Made by a program: the position numbers and the translations under genes. Below the pieces are notes generated by a model, which made no database searches, was not told where the DNA came from, and saw only the letters and a program-made list of their open reading frames with translations. From assembly GCF_018350175.1 (NCBI RefSeq), contig NC_058378.1, positions 74,462,001 to 74,526,000 of the forward strand: 64,000 bases of DNA, written 5' to 3'. Shown here in pieces: positions 23,580 through 37,036 of the stretch. Positions within the stretch are counted from its first letter, which is position 1; each line of letters begins with the position of its first letter. The stretch comes from Felis catus (lineage: Eukaryota).

Positions 23580-24040
23580 TCCTTCCTTCTCCTCTCCTGT
23601 TATAGCGATTGCCTATCTGTGTTTTCATCTGAAGACAGTTCCTCAGCACAGGTAATGGGCCTCATCTTCTCATATGTTCTCATGAACACGTGAATATTGC
23701 ATCTGCCGTATCCCTTCTCCCTCTTGAATTCTCAATTGTTTTCTTCTCTGCTGGCTCAAATCTCATCCACAGACATATTCTCTAATACTTCTCATATTAA
23801 AACAACAACTCATTTGACCCTATATCCCCTCCAGCTACCACACCGCTTCTCTGTTTTCAAACATTTCCTGAAAGACTCGTCCATACTTGCTCTCTCTTTC
23901 TCCCATTTTCTCTTGAACATGCTCCAATCAGATTTTTGTCTTTGGCCACTCTACACCTACATATTGCCTGAGTCAATCTTCAGTCATCTTCCTTGGCCGA
24001 CTAACAACACTTGACATAGTTAACCACTTACATCTATCAT
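23580..24040 (+). mobile_element. L2 remnant
   Basis: Pyrimidine-rich L2-like text (ctccaatcagatttttgtc...cttcagtcatcttccttggccgactaacaacacttgacatagttaaccac). Confidence 0.55.
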
Positions 24041-24329
24041 CCTTTAGGGACCATTAATGTTCAAATTTATAAAGCAAAGACATCCTACAAGAACACCAAG
24101 GTTCAGAGGGATGACCTACTCTTGTAGCATTCGGTGTGTGACTGTGTAAGGTCACTGTGAGATACAACGGTAAGCAATGAAAACATGAATCAGTTTATTG
24201 TACTCATTTAGTGCCTTGTAAAATTATGTTTAAAATATGTTTTATACTCTGGTCCTACCATAAAGTTTACGAAATAACTCAAACCAGTTGATCCTTTGAA
24301 AAGTGCGATCACTAATTGGAACATACAGT

Positions 24330-25297
24330 GTTATATAGGTAATATATATTCTCTCTGATTTTATATATACTTATACATAAATATGTATTTTATATAAGAA
24401 CATACAATGTTATACATGTAAATATAGCATATAACATATATGTGGCTACCATATATTTAGTATTATANNNNNNNNNNNNNNNNNNNNNNNNNNNNNNNNN
24501 NNNNNNNNNNNNNNNNNNNNNNNNNNNNNNNNNNNNNNNNNNNNNNNNNNNNNNNNNNNNNNNNNNNNNNNNNNNNNNNNNNNNNNNNNNNNNNNNNNNN
24601 NNNNNNNNNNNNNNNNNNNNNNNNNNNNNNNNNNNNNNNNNNNNNNNNNNNNNNNNNNNNNNNNNNNNNNNNNNNNNNNNNNNNNNNNNNNNNNNNNNNN
24701 NNNNNNNNNNNNNNNNNNNNNNNNNNNNNNNNNNNNNNNNNNNNNNNNNNNNNNNNNNNNNNNNNNNNNNNNNNNNNNNNNNNNNNNNNNNNNNNNNNNN
24801 NNNNNNNNNNNNNNNNNNNNNNNNNNNNNNNNNNNNNNNNNNNNNNNNNNNNNNNNNNNNNNNNNNNNNNNNNNNNNNNNNNNNNNNNNNNNNNNNNNNN
24901 NNNNNNNNNNNNNNNNNNNNNNNNNNNNNNNNNNNNNNNNNNNNNNNNNNNNNNNNNNNNNNNNNNNNNNNNNNNNNNNNNNNNNNNNNNNNNNNNNNNN
25001 NNNNNNNNNNNNNNNNNNNNNNNNNNNNNNNNNNNNNNNNNNNNNNNNNNNNNNNNNNNNNNNNNNNNNNNNNNNNNNNNNNNNNNNNNNNNNNNNNNNN
25101 NNNNNNNNNNNNNNNNNNNNNTGCTATATATATTATACTATATTATATATATATTATACTATATATATACTATATATATACTATTATATATTATACTATA
25201 CCATATTATAAATATAAAGTATACAATTATGTCATATTATATGTCAATTATTTTATTATTTATGAACTGTGTATAAGGTATATAATTAATGTGTATA

Positions 25298-25341
<44 letters not shown>
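24330..25341. repeat. TA-rich low-complexity region with (TG)n(TA)n, spanning a 654-nt gap
   Basis: TA-rich sequence on both sides of the N-run 24468-25121. Confidence 0.85.
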
Positions 25342-25347
<6 letters not shown>

Positions 25348-28300
25348 AGGTTTTGGGGGTTGCACAAACTGAGACTCCTACCAGTTAATTTGTTTACTAC
25401 ACTGATAATATATGGAGTAAAATTAGAGAGAGGTGCTGGAGATATGGGTACTTAAGCCTAGGAGTCGGTTCTGGCTTGGTGTCCGGGAGATCAGAGCTGG
25501 AGTTGGAGACTGTTGGCATTCTTGGTGGCAGGGGTTTATGTATTGCACCAGTGATCCACCACCGATGTGTGTCTCCTCCGGGCTCAGGCTGCTTTTGGCT
25601 TCCCGCTGTGTAGCCTACTACCCACTCCCACCTTGGACTGTGTAGATGATCTCTGCCTCATGCTGCCACCTCTTCCTCATCTAAATGCTCCTTGCCCTTT
25701 GCCAGGGCTTAAGTTCATGGCTGAGAGGGAGTCTCATCAACCCAGCCCAACTTTTCTTCTGCAAGCCATATCATAGCTCTGCCTGCCTATGCCACCTGCA
25801 CCTGTGCACACGGTGGGTGGGAGGAGAGGGCACAGGGCCCTGAGGTCTGCAGATGATTTCCCCCTTGTATTAGGGACGTGGGCGGGGCCAATCCACTTGG
25901 ACTGAGCTGTTGATAGGCAGATACGCTGATTGGCATGCAAAACACATTAAAATACAGACATTGAAGATTTTTGGTGTGGCTCAGATTTCAGGATTGAGCT
26001 TCATTTAGGAACAAAAACACACTCTACTTCTCAGCCTAAATGAAATGAAGTGTTCAACATCACTAAATGTAAGCTCTTGTAACATAGATGTCGTATGATA
26101 GAAACACAACATGTTACTTCAAGTATTTCTTTCTATATCCTATTAATGTTTGTAGATTTTTTTCTTTCTCAATTGTTGGCCTAATAATGACTGCAAATTA
26201 TAATTGCTAATATTCTCTAGAGTAGAAGGCTTTCAAATCACCTTCCAGCATTAATACCTATTAAAGAAAAAACCGAGTTGCTTTTGGAATTTCCTGGATT
26301 CTTCTGTTTGTCATGCAAATATTCAGTTCTGCTCTTTTTATGATAATATGAAATAAAGTAGTTTCTCATAGTAACATTGTAAATCATTTGCTTTCTATTA
26401 CATGGAGCTGGTTCTGTTACTGTAATGATTTTCTATGAGTGCATATTGCAGAACACATAAAATGCAATGTGATATTTCTTTATTCAGAATTTATATGCAA
26501 TTATTGTTTGCCCAGCAATAATGAGACAATTTGGAAATATAGTAATTTATCGTAATACATTTCTTTTTAATAGGAATCTACACTGAGAGGGAAAAATCCA
26601 AATTTCTAAAAATGCCATCTCTGTTTGTGACATAGACCAGAGTTTTCATCTCACTGAAAATTCAATATCAAAATTAAAAACAGCTGAGGTAGTTACTCGN
26701 NNNNNNNNNNNNNNNNNNNNNNNNNNNNNNNNNNNNNNNNNNNNNNNNNNNNNNNNNNNNNNNNNNNNNNNNNNNNNNNNNNNNNNNNNNNNNNNNNNNN
26801 NNNNNNNNNNNNNNNNNNNNNNNNNNNNNNNNNNNNNNNTTTTTGATATCCATTCCTGTGATCTAATCTAAACTGTGTCCTACCAATTTAATGTATTGTT
26901 TGTTCATGATTACATTTTTTATTACACTCATATGCTATAAGTATTTCTCACTCTGCTCTTCTGGGTGTCCCCCGAATGGCCGCAGTGTTTAAGACATGGC
27001 ATGGACGATGTTAGGCAGAGAACTACCCCCCTTTCATGTTGCCACATACTAATTTCACACCTTGAATCGCGTCTAACCACAGCAACAATGAAATATCCAT
27101 GTTTTTAAAGAAAATTGAAGAGCATTTATTAAGGGGCAACAACAAAGAAGCCAAAACAGAGTGTCACTCCAGCATCAAAGTTTTCTTCCTTCTTGATCTG
27201 AACTAGAATTTTAAAATACTTGTTGGCAAATTTGCATTGGTTTCCATTTTGACGAAACCAGAGTCATTTAGTTCTTGCGGTACAAATGTTTATGAGACTT
27301 TCTTTATATTCTTAAAATTGTTAAATTAATACAATATTTTCACATTTCATTCTTAATTACATAAGTAATATTGCCAACATAGTGTATTGTGTATAATAGG
27401 AAAGAAAGATTACTAGTCGCTGCCTATGGGGCACATATTTGAAAAGTGTGTCTAATTCTCAGAACAATATTCTATTTTATTCTCATTTTCTCATTGGTTC
27501 CTGTGTCTCCTTACAAAGGGACACAATGTTTATAAGAGGGGGAAGAACAGGGCAAAAATGCATGAAAGGTTATGGAACCAGGAAACTGATGGAGGGGATG
27601 ATCCTCTTCGGATGGGACACCAGTGAGAGAGGGGCCAGTGTGGTGTGGACTCTGCTCAGAGAAAGCCATGCACACTATGTACACAAGGGCCGCCATATTG
27701 GTGGACATGGAAACGTATGGAACCAACCAGAGCAGCTCTCCACACCGCTGACTGGTGACCAGTTCCCCACGAAGATCCTTCCTTTTCCCAGAGGTGTTAC
27801 ATCTTCAAACAGGGTAAGGTCATCTCAAACCACATGTCCCTCCCCTCTTGTCCCACCCTGATTTAAAGAGAAAGCCAGGTTGCCTCCCCAGCTCAAGTCC
27901 CCTGAGCCATCCATCTGGGGTGAGGTAAGGCTTGCTAGGTGCTTTGAAGAGGATATAAATTGAAGTTTGTAAGCCAGACCAGGTAGGTATGTGTTTTAGT
28001 TCCAGAATGGCCTATATGAAACCTGCTGGAGATACTATTAAGGAATGTGTCAGCCACTGACATCTTCAAAAACGACCAGAAAACGCAACTGGTCAAGCCA
28101 AGAGAAGCGTATCAGATCCATTGCAATGAGAATGAATATCACTTGGACAGTCTCAGTGATGCCTCAAAGTGGAGAAATTGGGAAAGGGATGAGAGTCTGA
28201 GCTGGTGCTTTGAAGGGAGTGTTGTAAGGTAGGAGCTCACTGGGGGAGATGGGGCAGTTTGTGCCATAATGGCTCCGGGTAAGGGCAAAGCAAGGCTAGG

Positions 28301-28505
28301 GTTTTGAAGAGAATCTTGTTGAGCAAGTTGCTCGGCTTAATCAGTAAGCTATTGACAGTTATACAGGCTTATCTTCCAGAACGGGTCTACTGTCTTATCT
28401 TCTAGAACAACTGCTTTCTGGATCAGACAGACATGTTATTTTGCACGTTACCATTGTAAACAGATTTTTTCGCTGGAAAGTTTTTCTCTTATGTTCAAAA
28501 TGTTA

Positions 28506-28513
28506 CACACACA

Positions 28514-28546
<33 letters not shown>

Positions 28547-28560
28547 CCACTCACACACAC
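28506..28560. repeat. Interrupted (CA)n microsatellite
   Basis: Read directly. Confidence 0.9.
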
Positions 28561-31500
28561 GAACATGTCGTCTCAAGTGCATCCAAAATAAAGATAGAAC
28601 TACAGAAACGTTGGTAAAACAAAGATCAACTGGTATTTCGGCTGGACCTAGGGTGGATTTTGTTCTCCTTATGTTAATCAAAGATAGTTGTTTCAGCCTC
28701 CTGCCTTGTGGGACTAAGACAGCAGATCATGGGTTGATGGAGGAGGCTCCCCATAGAGGCTTAAAAAAAAAATGAAAAAGAAGAAAGAAAAGAAACCCAT
28801 CTCTTACATCATAGGAAATGGAGTGGAAACAGAAAAGGGAGGGGAGGGGGTGTTCGTTTCCCTGAGAACATTCTTCGGAAAATATGGCCTTTCAGTATTT
28901 CCTTACCTGACCCTCCTCACCTCCACCTTCAGGTTGATCTCCTTTCATTCTTTAGGGTTCCCACAAAGACTCATGTAACTTGATTTTTCACCTGGATTAA
29001 AATGTTAGTAATTGGAGACCTTATGAAAAGTTATTTCCTGAGGGCCCCATATTCATCCAGAGACAGCCAGAACTACAACCATTTTGATGAAAATTACTTG
29101 CTTTCCATAAGATTCTGAATTGTTAAAAGATGGAGGAAACATGCACGAGGTGGCCAGTGGTCATTGAGTGCTTTCCGTGGTTGGTTTTGAAGCTTAGTGA
29201 AACAGACAGATTCTATTGTCAGCATTTTGGTGGTGATCATGGACGGCTTTTTCTTTGAGGAGGTAACAAGGTAGTTAGAGGGGGCTCTTAACCACCAGGG
29301 AAGGGTGCCTCTGCCCAGTTAAAAACTTCCATACACATGGGCCCTGTGCATTTCGCACTCGAAAAAATCATTTGGACTTTTTCTAGTGTTCCTCAACGAA
29401 CAGGTCAGAATGGAAAGCTAGATAATCATTTTAGATACAATTGCTTTGATTTGAAAGTATCTAGATGATGTATGTGTTGCATCTGGGGGGTGTGGTTGAA
29501 GCAATTCTTTGAATTATTTAGGAAACAGCTTGAGTCGCCCATTTCACTAGGCGAACGGTCTTGATGTCAAATATCCAGGGAGTTCCGAAAATATCCAGCC
29601 TTACATGAGGATAATTTTCAGACTTTTGAGGTTCTAGCAGAGCCTGGCTCTTTTTACGTGACGGGGGAAGTGTTCCCCTGCTCCTGAGAGGGAATGTCTT
29701 CATCTGTGGTCCGCCTACCCCTTATGTCTTCTCTCTTCCTTGGCCTTTACTTTCTCCACCTGCCTCTGCTTCCTATACAAACTCACTGGTTTACTACTCC
29801 ACGTTCAGAATGCTTTGAGTTGTGTAGACAAAACATTTCAGTGTTTGATAAAGAAATTTCCATTTTCATACGAGGTCACATTCAAGTCACTGCCTACGGG
29901 GTTATTATAGTTCCCTCCTTACATATTTACCTCCCCTGGAGCTTCGCTTTTGAAACTATAACCTTTTCCCAAAAAAAGACACTAAAATGACTTGTTGGGG
30001 GTGGGCTTCGGGTCCGGGCTTTTTATTGCAGGCCCCTCCACCACGCCACCTGAATGTCCCAACTGCTTTTCAGGCTGAGGTCGTCTAGACACAGAAGCTC
30101 TGTGGAGAACATTTTCTCTAAGCATTTGGTGGCTGGGAAGGAATGAATGCCTCAATTCCGAAGAATGTCACCTATTTGGTTTTATCTCTGTTTGGTTTTC
30201 AGGGAGTTGGCCTCCAGCTTGATAACACTTCTTGCCCTCCCTTGTGACCTAACCTTCTGGTACCAGGGCCTTGTTTTTGCCTTCTCAGTGCCCACTCCTT
30301 TCTTCTTCTTCTTTTGACCTCATTGCCACAGACCTCTAGCAGAGGCCGGGAGGCCAGCTGTACCCCTCCGGCAGGGGGCTGCCCTCCTGATACCCGCTGC
30401 TGCTAGCCAAGGCCCAACTAACCGAGAACAGACACTTTTACTTGGTTAAGCATCTTCCCTCAGGGAGCCAGAGTCGAGTTCAAATAGGTTAAAGCATTAC
30501 ATTTGTAAATTTGTAAAGGATCAAGTTGTGAAAAGAAGGGCAGTCTTGTTCTTTGAGACTTTATTAGGCAGTAAATGCAACATGATACATTTATAGGAGC
30601 AAAGACCCAGATTTTCTGAACTTCGCCGAGCCAGAGAGATGTGTTTTATTTCATAGATTTTATGGAATGGCTGCAGCATAGGTACATTTTTACAAGGCAC
30701 TACACTGACTTAAGGTAATCATAAAGTAAAAATAGGCAAAGGGTGCGTTCAAGTCTAAGTAGAATTTATATACATATTTACCCAATCAAATCCAAAGACC
30801 CAAAACCATATGTTTCTCATTTTTGGTTTAATTTTTAAGCTCTTTAGTTGCTCTTTTTGATGGAAAAGAAGTTGGGTTAGCTTTTTGAAGAATGTTGCTT
30901 GTATCATAATAAAATGCACCAACTATGACAATAAACACTCATATCGGCAGAAAGTGACACGAGGCCATGTTAAAAAAATTCCTCCCTGTGACAAAATAAA
31001 TCAGAATTATATGGCAAACCTCTTGCAGCTTGTTATCATTTTGCTGAGAAAACAGAGCTACTGAATCTTTCCTATGTGGCAACTGAGCACAGGCAGGGAA
31101 GGTTTTTCAGATGATGCCACGATTCTCAAGCTGTATTTTGATACAGTTCTTCTATTAATTTTGTCGCTTTTGTTATTGTAGTCTTGTCATTCTTCCATTC
31201 TACCGTAGTTATTTCATGGATTTTGAAAAATAAAACTCATGAGGGGAAGATGGTGTACATTTTAGGACCGGCAACAGGGCAGTGCAAGCTATTTAGGAAC
31301 GGCAGAGGATATACATAGCGGAATTGGGACATTGTTAGATAGGTAGGCAGGTAGGTCAATCAGTAGGCGGATATTAGAAGTTTCCCTTATATTGTACATT
31401 TCTTCCTTCTATTTATCAGAAGCCAGAAAATTAGCGGACTCAGCCAGAAGTTCGCAAGGAAGGATGGAAATGAATTTAGGTGTGGTTGCTTTTTAAAAAT

Positions 31501-31779
31501 ATTGATTATTTTTTAACTATTCAAGTGGGGTGTTTTTCCACTTAGAATGGCAAAGAAAAAGGTAGTCCCACTTCATTTATTTCTGTTCTCAATGCTCCTG
31601 AGGCAGCCAAATCAAGTTCACAAACAAAGCATGAGGATCTGTCTGGCCACCCTCCCCACTGCTACATCTCACTCACAGGTGTGGGTGGTTGAGAGCTGAA
31701 CGTACATGCTTTCAGTTCCCTTTCCATGTGCTTCACACATATATGCACATACCTATCCATATCTTATTTATATACATGA

Positions 31780-32480
31780 GATCATGATTTATATGTTGTC
31801 CTTTAGGTTTTTTCGCTCCATATGTCATAGAACTTTCTTTCAAGGGAAGTACCCACAAATCAAAGTCTTTCTTTTTATTGGCTACCTAGAATTCCATAAC
31901 ATGAATGTATCACATTCAGCTGCTTATTATAGGACATTTAAGTTACTTCTGGTATTTTAGTGTTATAAAACTCAACAATGAATATCCTTGTGTATTACTT
32001 TCTTGAAAAGTGGGAGTGTTTCTTTAGGATAGTTTCCCAGAAATGAAATTGCTGGGTCAAATCGTAAGGTTTTTAAAAAATTTTATAGGTTTTGGTAAAT
32101 TGCCTTCCAAAAAGCTTATCTTTTCACTAAATATATGAGTACTCATTTTCTCATATCCTGGGAAGCCCTTGGGATTACAAATCTTCTTTTTTTTTTTGTA
32201 TCTTTCCAATTGTATGCATGAACATTTATATTTTATTATTATTTTGATCATTTATTAACTTAATTATAAGAACGATTGAGCATGTATGTCTTTATTTACC
32301 ATATACATTCTTTGAGAGTTGCCTATTCGTATTCGTCTACTTTTCTTTTGGGTTGTTTGCTTTTACTTTAGTGGGTTGTTGAAGTTTTTCATGTACTTTG
32401 GATATTAATTCTCTAATAAATATGGTGCAAAGATTTTCTCTTGGTTCATTGCTTTTTTTTTCTTTTTAGATTTCTGTATC
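31780..32480 (-). mobile_element. Old L1 (L1M-type) 3' remnant
   Basis: caatgaatatccttgtg...cccagaaatgaaattgctgggtcaaa...aaattgccttccaaaa...gattgagcat is the typical antisense L1 3' pattern. Confidence 0.65.
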
Positions 32481-32654
32481 TTGTTTGAACATGGAAACAT
32501 ATTGCTAACATGTCAACATTTCAAGAAATCAGCTACCATATTTATTCAGTTCCATTTAATTATCATTTAATTAATTTTTAAAGTGTAAACTTGGATTTTA
32601 TTTCCTAAAATCTTATTCTGGGTTTACTAAAAGGACCTTTAAAAAGTTTTTTTC

Positions 32655-32867
32655 AGGTGCATCTGGGTGGCTCAGTTAGTTACCTGGCCAACTTCGGCTC
32701 AGGTCATGATCTCACGGTTCGTGAATTTGAGCCCCACACATTGGGCTCTGCGCTGACAGCTCAGAGCCTGGAGCCTGCTTAGGATTCTGTGTCTCCCTCT
32801 CTCTCTCTGCCCCTCCCCCACTCATGCTCTGTCTCGGTCTCAAAAATAAACATTAAAAAAAAAATTT
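32655..32867 (+). mobile_element. CAN-SINE (SINEC_Fc-like)
   Basis: Head gggtggctcagttagtt, body gctgacagctcagagcctggagcctgc, A-rich tail. Confidence 0.92.
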
Positions 32868-35099
32868 AAGAGTGTTTTTCTCTTTAACCGTTTCACCCTC
32901 TATTAAAAAGCACTGTGCCCTATTATCACTTTTACCTTCTAAGTTCTGTCTATTTTTGACGTATAGAAGATACTGGAAATATGAAAAGTTTATTTTAGCA
33001 GCCGTGGTGGACAGACCCTGAGAATACCGTCTCTCGCATGCCCCTCTGGAAGGAATAGCTGCTGTGCTATGAATCTGCCTGTGGAGAAGCCCATGCTTTG
33101 GGGAACTTGGGGCAGCCTCTAAGAACTGAGGGCCTCTGGCATACAGAGCCAGGAAACGAATTCTCCCACATTCTAAGTACGGAATAGATTCTTCCTCGGT
33201 TGAGTCTTCAGATGAGACTGAGGCCCGCCAATACTATAATTGTGGCCCGGTAGTCTCTTGGAAGTGGACCCAGGCAAGTTATGCCCAGACTCCTGAACCA
33301 CAGAAACTTTAAGAATAATAAACATGTAGTGTTATAATCTGTCCTGCTTGTAGTAGTGGGGTAAAATGTCAGCATAATTAATGATGAGTCTGATGATTGG
33401 AATTTCACCTGTGTAGACACTGAAACAAATACAGCCACCACCCTGGACCTTTCAAACTCATACTTACTTGTGTGTTTTGTGAACAAAGTTGTAAGTGACA
33501 ATAAGAAGTGAAAAAATGAAGCCTTCTGTTCAATGGAAGAATTTCTGGCTTCTTCCTTCACCAACCTTTCTCTCCCTTCCCCCTGCCCCCCAGTTTTTGC
33601 AGCGGTAACTTCTACAATTTGTCTTTCTTTTCGCGTCCTCTTTCCCTTTGTTGCTTTGCTTTTTTTCTTTTGCTCATCATTTATAGAAATCCAGGTATTG
33701 AGAGACTGATTTTTTAAAAATTTACTGGCTTTAAGGATTCAGCTTAAAAAAAATCTACCACCAAACAATCCTAAGGTTAGAGCCAATATTTTTTTTTTCA
33801 GGATTAGCTTGTAAAGAAGTGTCATTGTAACCTGCTTAAGGGTACAGAGATAAATGATTTCATTCCCTTTGTGCTGTGAGGACCCTCCCCCCCTTCCACC
33901 ACCCGAGATGTATATTCTGGTTCATGTCTGAGCCCCTCTAAACTTACTCAAGTTCAGCGCATGTTTATTTCGAGCTTGACAGGCTTTGCCATTCTCCAGC
34001 TTCATCCTTGTCAGTCTTGATATGAGAGGCTCCCTGTCTATCGAAAGGTCGAGCCAATGCATTTCATGCCACTTGACCTCTCAGTTCCCACCTTGTCCAG
34101 CTTTGCCTGGGTTTATAGGCGGCAGAATAAATTCCCAGCTCATTTTCCAAACTTTGCACAGCATTTTTCACTTTCTACCTCGCATTATTATTATTATCTG
34201 CACCTGTTTTATCTTTAGTTTTCGGAGGGCAGAACCCCATAATGACAAAGCCTGTGCTTTGCAAAGACGAGGACATGAATAAACCGCTACGTGAATGAAC
34301 AATGATTAGAATTTGAAAATACTTGAAAGGCATTTTATCCAGTTGGATTTCACAGATTTGGTGAAATAAGAAGGAAAAACATGGGGATGGTGACTTAGAA
34401 CCGCCAGTTTTTTTATTTTGCCAAGAGCTTTAAACACACAATTATCTATCATCATTATTTCATAAAACACAGCATAGAAGCAAAATAGGGTTCAAAAATA
34501 AAGTCCAACATGCACAAACAAAATTCAAAGGACATTACGCTGGGATTTAAAAAAAATCGATCTTACCCAAAATAGGTCCATCAGGTATAAAACTGCTTGT
34601 TTATTTTCTTCTCCTTACTTTTCTCACATAGCAGCAAATCTTCATATTGTACTAGCATAGTCCTTACACTTTAGAAACCACCAACCTAGTCTAACCTTCC
34701 ACCCGAGTAAAACTTCCTCTTTAAACCACTTTGAAGATCTGTGTGTTGCACATCCAGCCGTCGCATAGCCTCCCGCCTCTTGTTTGTGATGAGTGATAGA
34801 TGGGAAAGAGGATCACAGCAGGCGTGCCCCCAAATCTACCACTCACCTTTCCGGCACTCGGAGAAAGGCAGAAGAAAGCGGGACTTTTTATTCTGCCCTG
34901 GAATATATATTAAAACAAGATGCTATTGAAAACCGAGACTTTTCTACGTTCTTTGTTGTTTTGTTCTTCCATTTTGGGGAGGAGGGTAGCAGAGTTGGTG
35001 GACTGAGGCAGTGTCTTAGAGATGGTTTTCGACCTGTATTACCAGCCAAGCCCCAAACTTGAAAATTTTTCAAATAAGTGTAGAAGTAATCCATTATGT

Positions 35100-35490
35100 A
35101 TTTTCAACTTTATATTTTGCAATAAGTGACGAACCACAAAAAGTTGTAGAAATAGCATAGAAATTTCCCATATACCCTTCACTAGCTTTCCCCAATGACA
35201 AAGCTCCCCAATGACCCATCGTACCTAGAAATTTCCCATATATCCTTCACTAGCTTTCCCCAACGACAAAGCTCCCCAATGGCCCATCGTACCTTATGAA
35301 ACTGACATTGATACAATGCAATTAAGTAAACTGCAAGCCCTTTTCAGACTATCAGTTTTTACCTGCACTCTTTCAAAATGCATGCTATTATGAAATTTAT
35401 CATTTGGATAGATTCATGTAACTACCATCCCCATCCAATACAGAACTGTTCCATCACCGCAAAGAAACACCCACGGCTACCCCTTCACGT
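35100..35490 (-). mobile_element. Old L1 (L1MC/MD-like) 3' remnant containing a 68-bp tandem duplication
   Basis: aagttgtagaaatagcatagaaatttcccatataccc...catgtaactaccatccccatccaatacagaactgttccatcacc. Confidence 0.6.
35158..35293. repeat. 68-bp tandem duplication (2 copies, 3 mismatches)
   Basis: tagaaatttcccatata(c/t)ccttcactagctttccccaa(t/c)gacaaagctccccaatg(a/g)cccatcgtacc at 35158-35225 and 35226-35293. Confidence 0.95.
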
Positions 35491-35948
35491 CGTACATTTT
35501 TAATCATTTATTTTATAAGCAGAGTGATCATAAACATATTCCTTTAAACTCAGAGGAGAAGGATGAAGTTTTCTGAGAATGGAAGTTGAAGGGTACACCT
35601 TGAACCACAAAGAGCTGGTATGATATTTGGAGTTGCTGGTAATAACCTTTACTGCCCTGCCTACCCTTAGATTTACCCAAGACGTGTACAATGAGTCAAA
35701 GAACATGAGTAGTTGGGAAGAAAGTGAGCCAATCCCAGAGGCCAAGTTATAAGCAGGGGAGAACTGTGCTGGAAACTTTCAGATTCGACCTGTTTAGGGG
35801 TTGTTGCAAGTTTTGTGGGGCCTAAGACGAGTGGTTTGAGTAAACATTTATTTAGAAGAGAGGTCCGGCAAATGAAGGACCCCAAACATTAAGTTTCATT
35901 AATTCATAGCAAACCTGCCCCTGGATTAGTCTTAAACTAAAAATTCTT

Positions 35949-36163
35949 GGGGCAACGGGGTGGCTCAGTCAGTTAAGCGTCTGACTTTGGCTCAGGTCGC
36001 AATCTCGTGGTTCATGAGTTCAAGCCCCATGTCAGGCTCTGTGCTGACAGCTCAGAGCCCGGGGCCTGCTTCGGATTCTGCGTGCGTCTCTCTTTCTGCC
36101 CCTCTCCCACTCGCATTCCCTCTCTCTCTCTCTCTCTCTCAAAAATAAATAAACATTAAAAAA
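35949..36163 (+). mobile_element. CAN-SINE (SINEC_Fc-like)
   Basis: Head, body, (CT)n and aataaa tail. Confidence 0.92.
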
Positions 36164-36489
36164 GTTTCCAATACATTGTGCCTTTTTAGAAAATTAAATT
36201 AAAGATAATATCCTCACCTTATTTTCCTTATTATTATAGTTACAATTTTTTTCTTCATTTTCCCCATGCATAAATATCTTTCAAACTCAGATAACTGTGC
36301 ATTCTTTTCTATGTTTTTATCTAGGAACCTCTGCAGCAAACGATGAAACACGAAAAGTCCACCTTGATTTGTCCCCGAAATCTCCCCTGACTCTACCCAC
36401 AAGGAAGAAAGGCCTGCTGACCCATGTCTCAGACTCATAACCCATCTACCCTGGCCTCTCCCTTCAATTCACTGTCCCCAGCTCTTTCA

Positions 36490-37036
36490 TTCAAGAAATC
36501 CTTCCTGAGCACTATTCTATCCCTCCACACTGAGATGCATAGGATGAATTGCTGCTAGAGGGCCCTGCCTTCCACGATTTTCAACTTAGTAGCAAGGTAG
36601 ATGCCCACACGATTAACCACAATCCAAGGAAAGGGATGCGATCCCATGGAAGTGAGGAGAAAGCAATGGAGTCTGACAGGACGATGGTTGTGTTCGTGAT
36701 GGGACACGTGAAGTGCCCTTTGAGTTGGTCCTTGAGAGAAGAGGAAGAATAAGGAGAAAGGGGGTTGAGCAAGCCACACGGGCATGGCCAGTGGCCCAAC
36801 ACACGGGAGCGGAGGGCCCAGGAGGGAGCAAGCCTGGAAGGATGGATAGGACTGGGTCACAAAGGCCATCCGCCTTGCTTCGGAGTTGGGCTACACAGTT
36901 GGAGCCCGTCAAAGGATTTTAAGTAGAGATGTGCTATAATCGCATTTTTTTCCCCTAAAAATAAAGACCATTCTGGTGTTAGTGTGGAGAATGGATTAAA
37001 AGGGTGAGAGATTGGAAACTGAAAGATCACTTTGGA
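36490..37036 (-). mobile_element. L2 remnant
   Basis: ggagcccgtcaaaggattttaagtagagatgtgctataatcgcatt...aagaccattctggtgttagtgtggagaatggatt resembles antisense L2. Confidence 0.6.

Noticed and set aside
24442-25455. 337-aa ORF
   Set aside because: Artefact of translating through 654 Ns and a TA-rich low-complexity tract.
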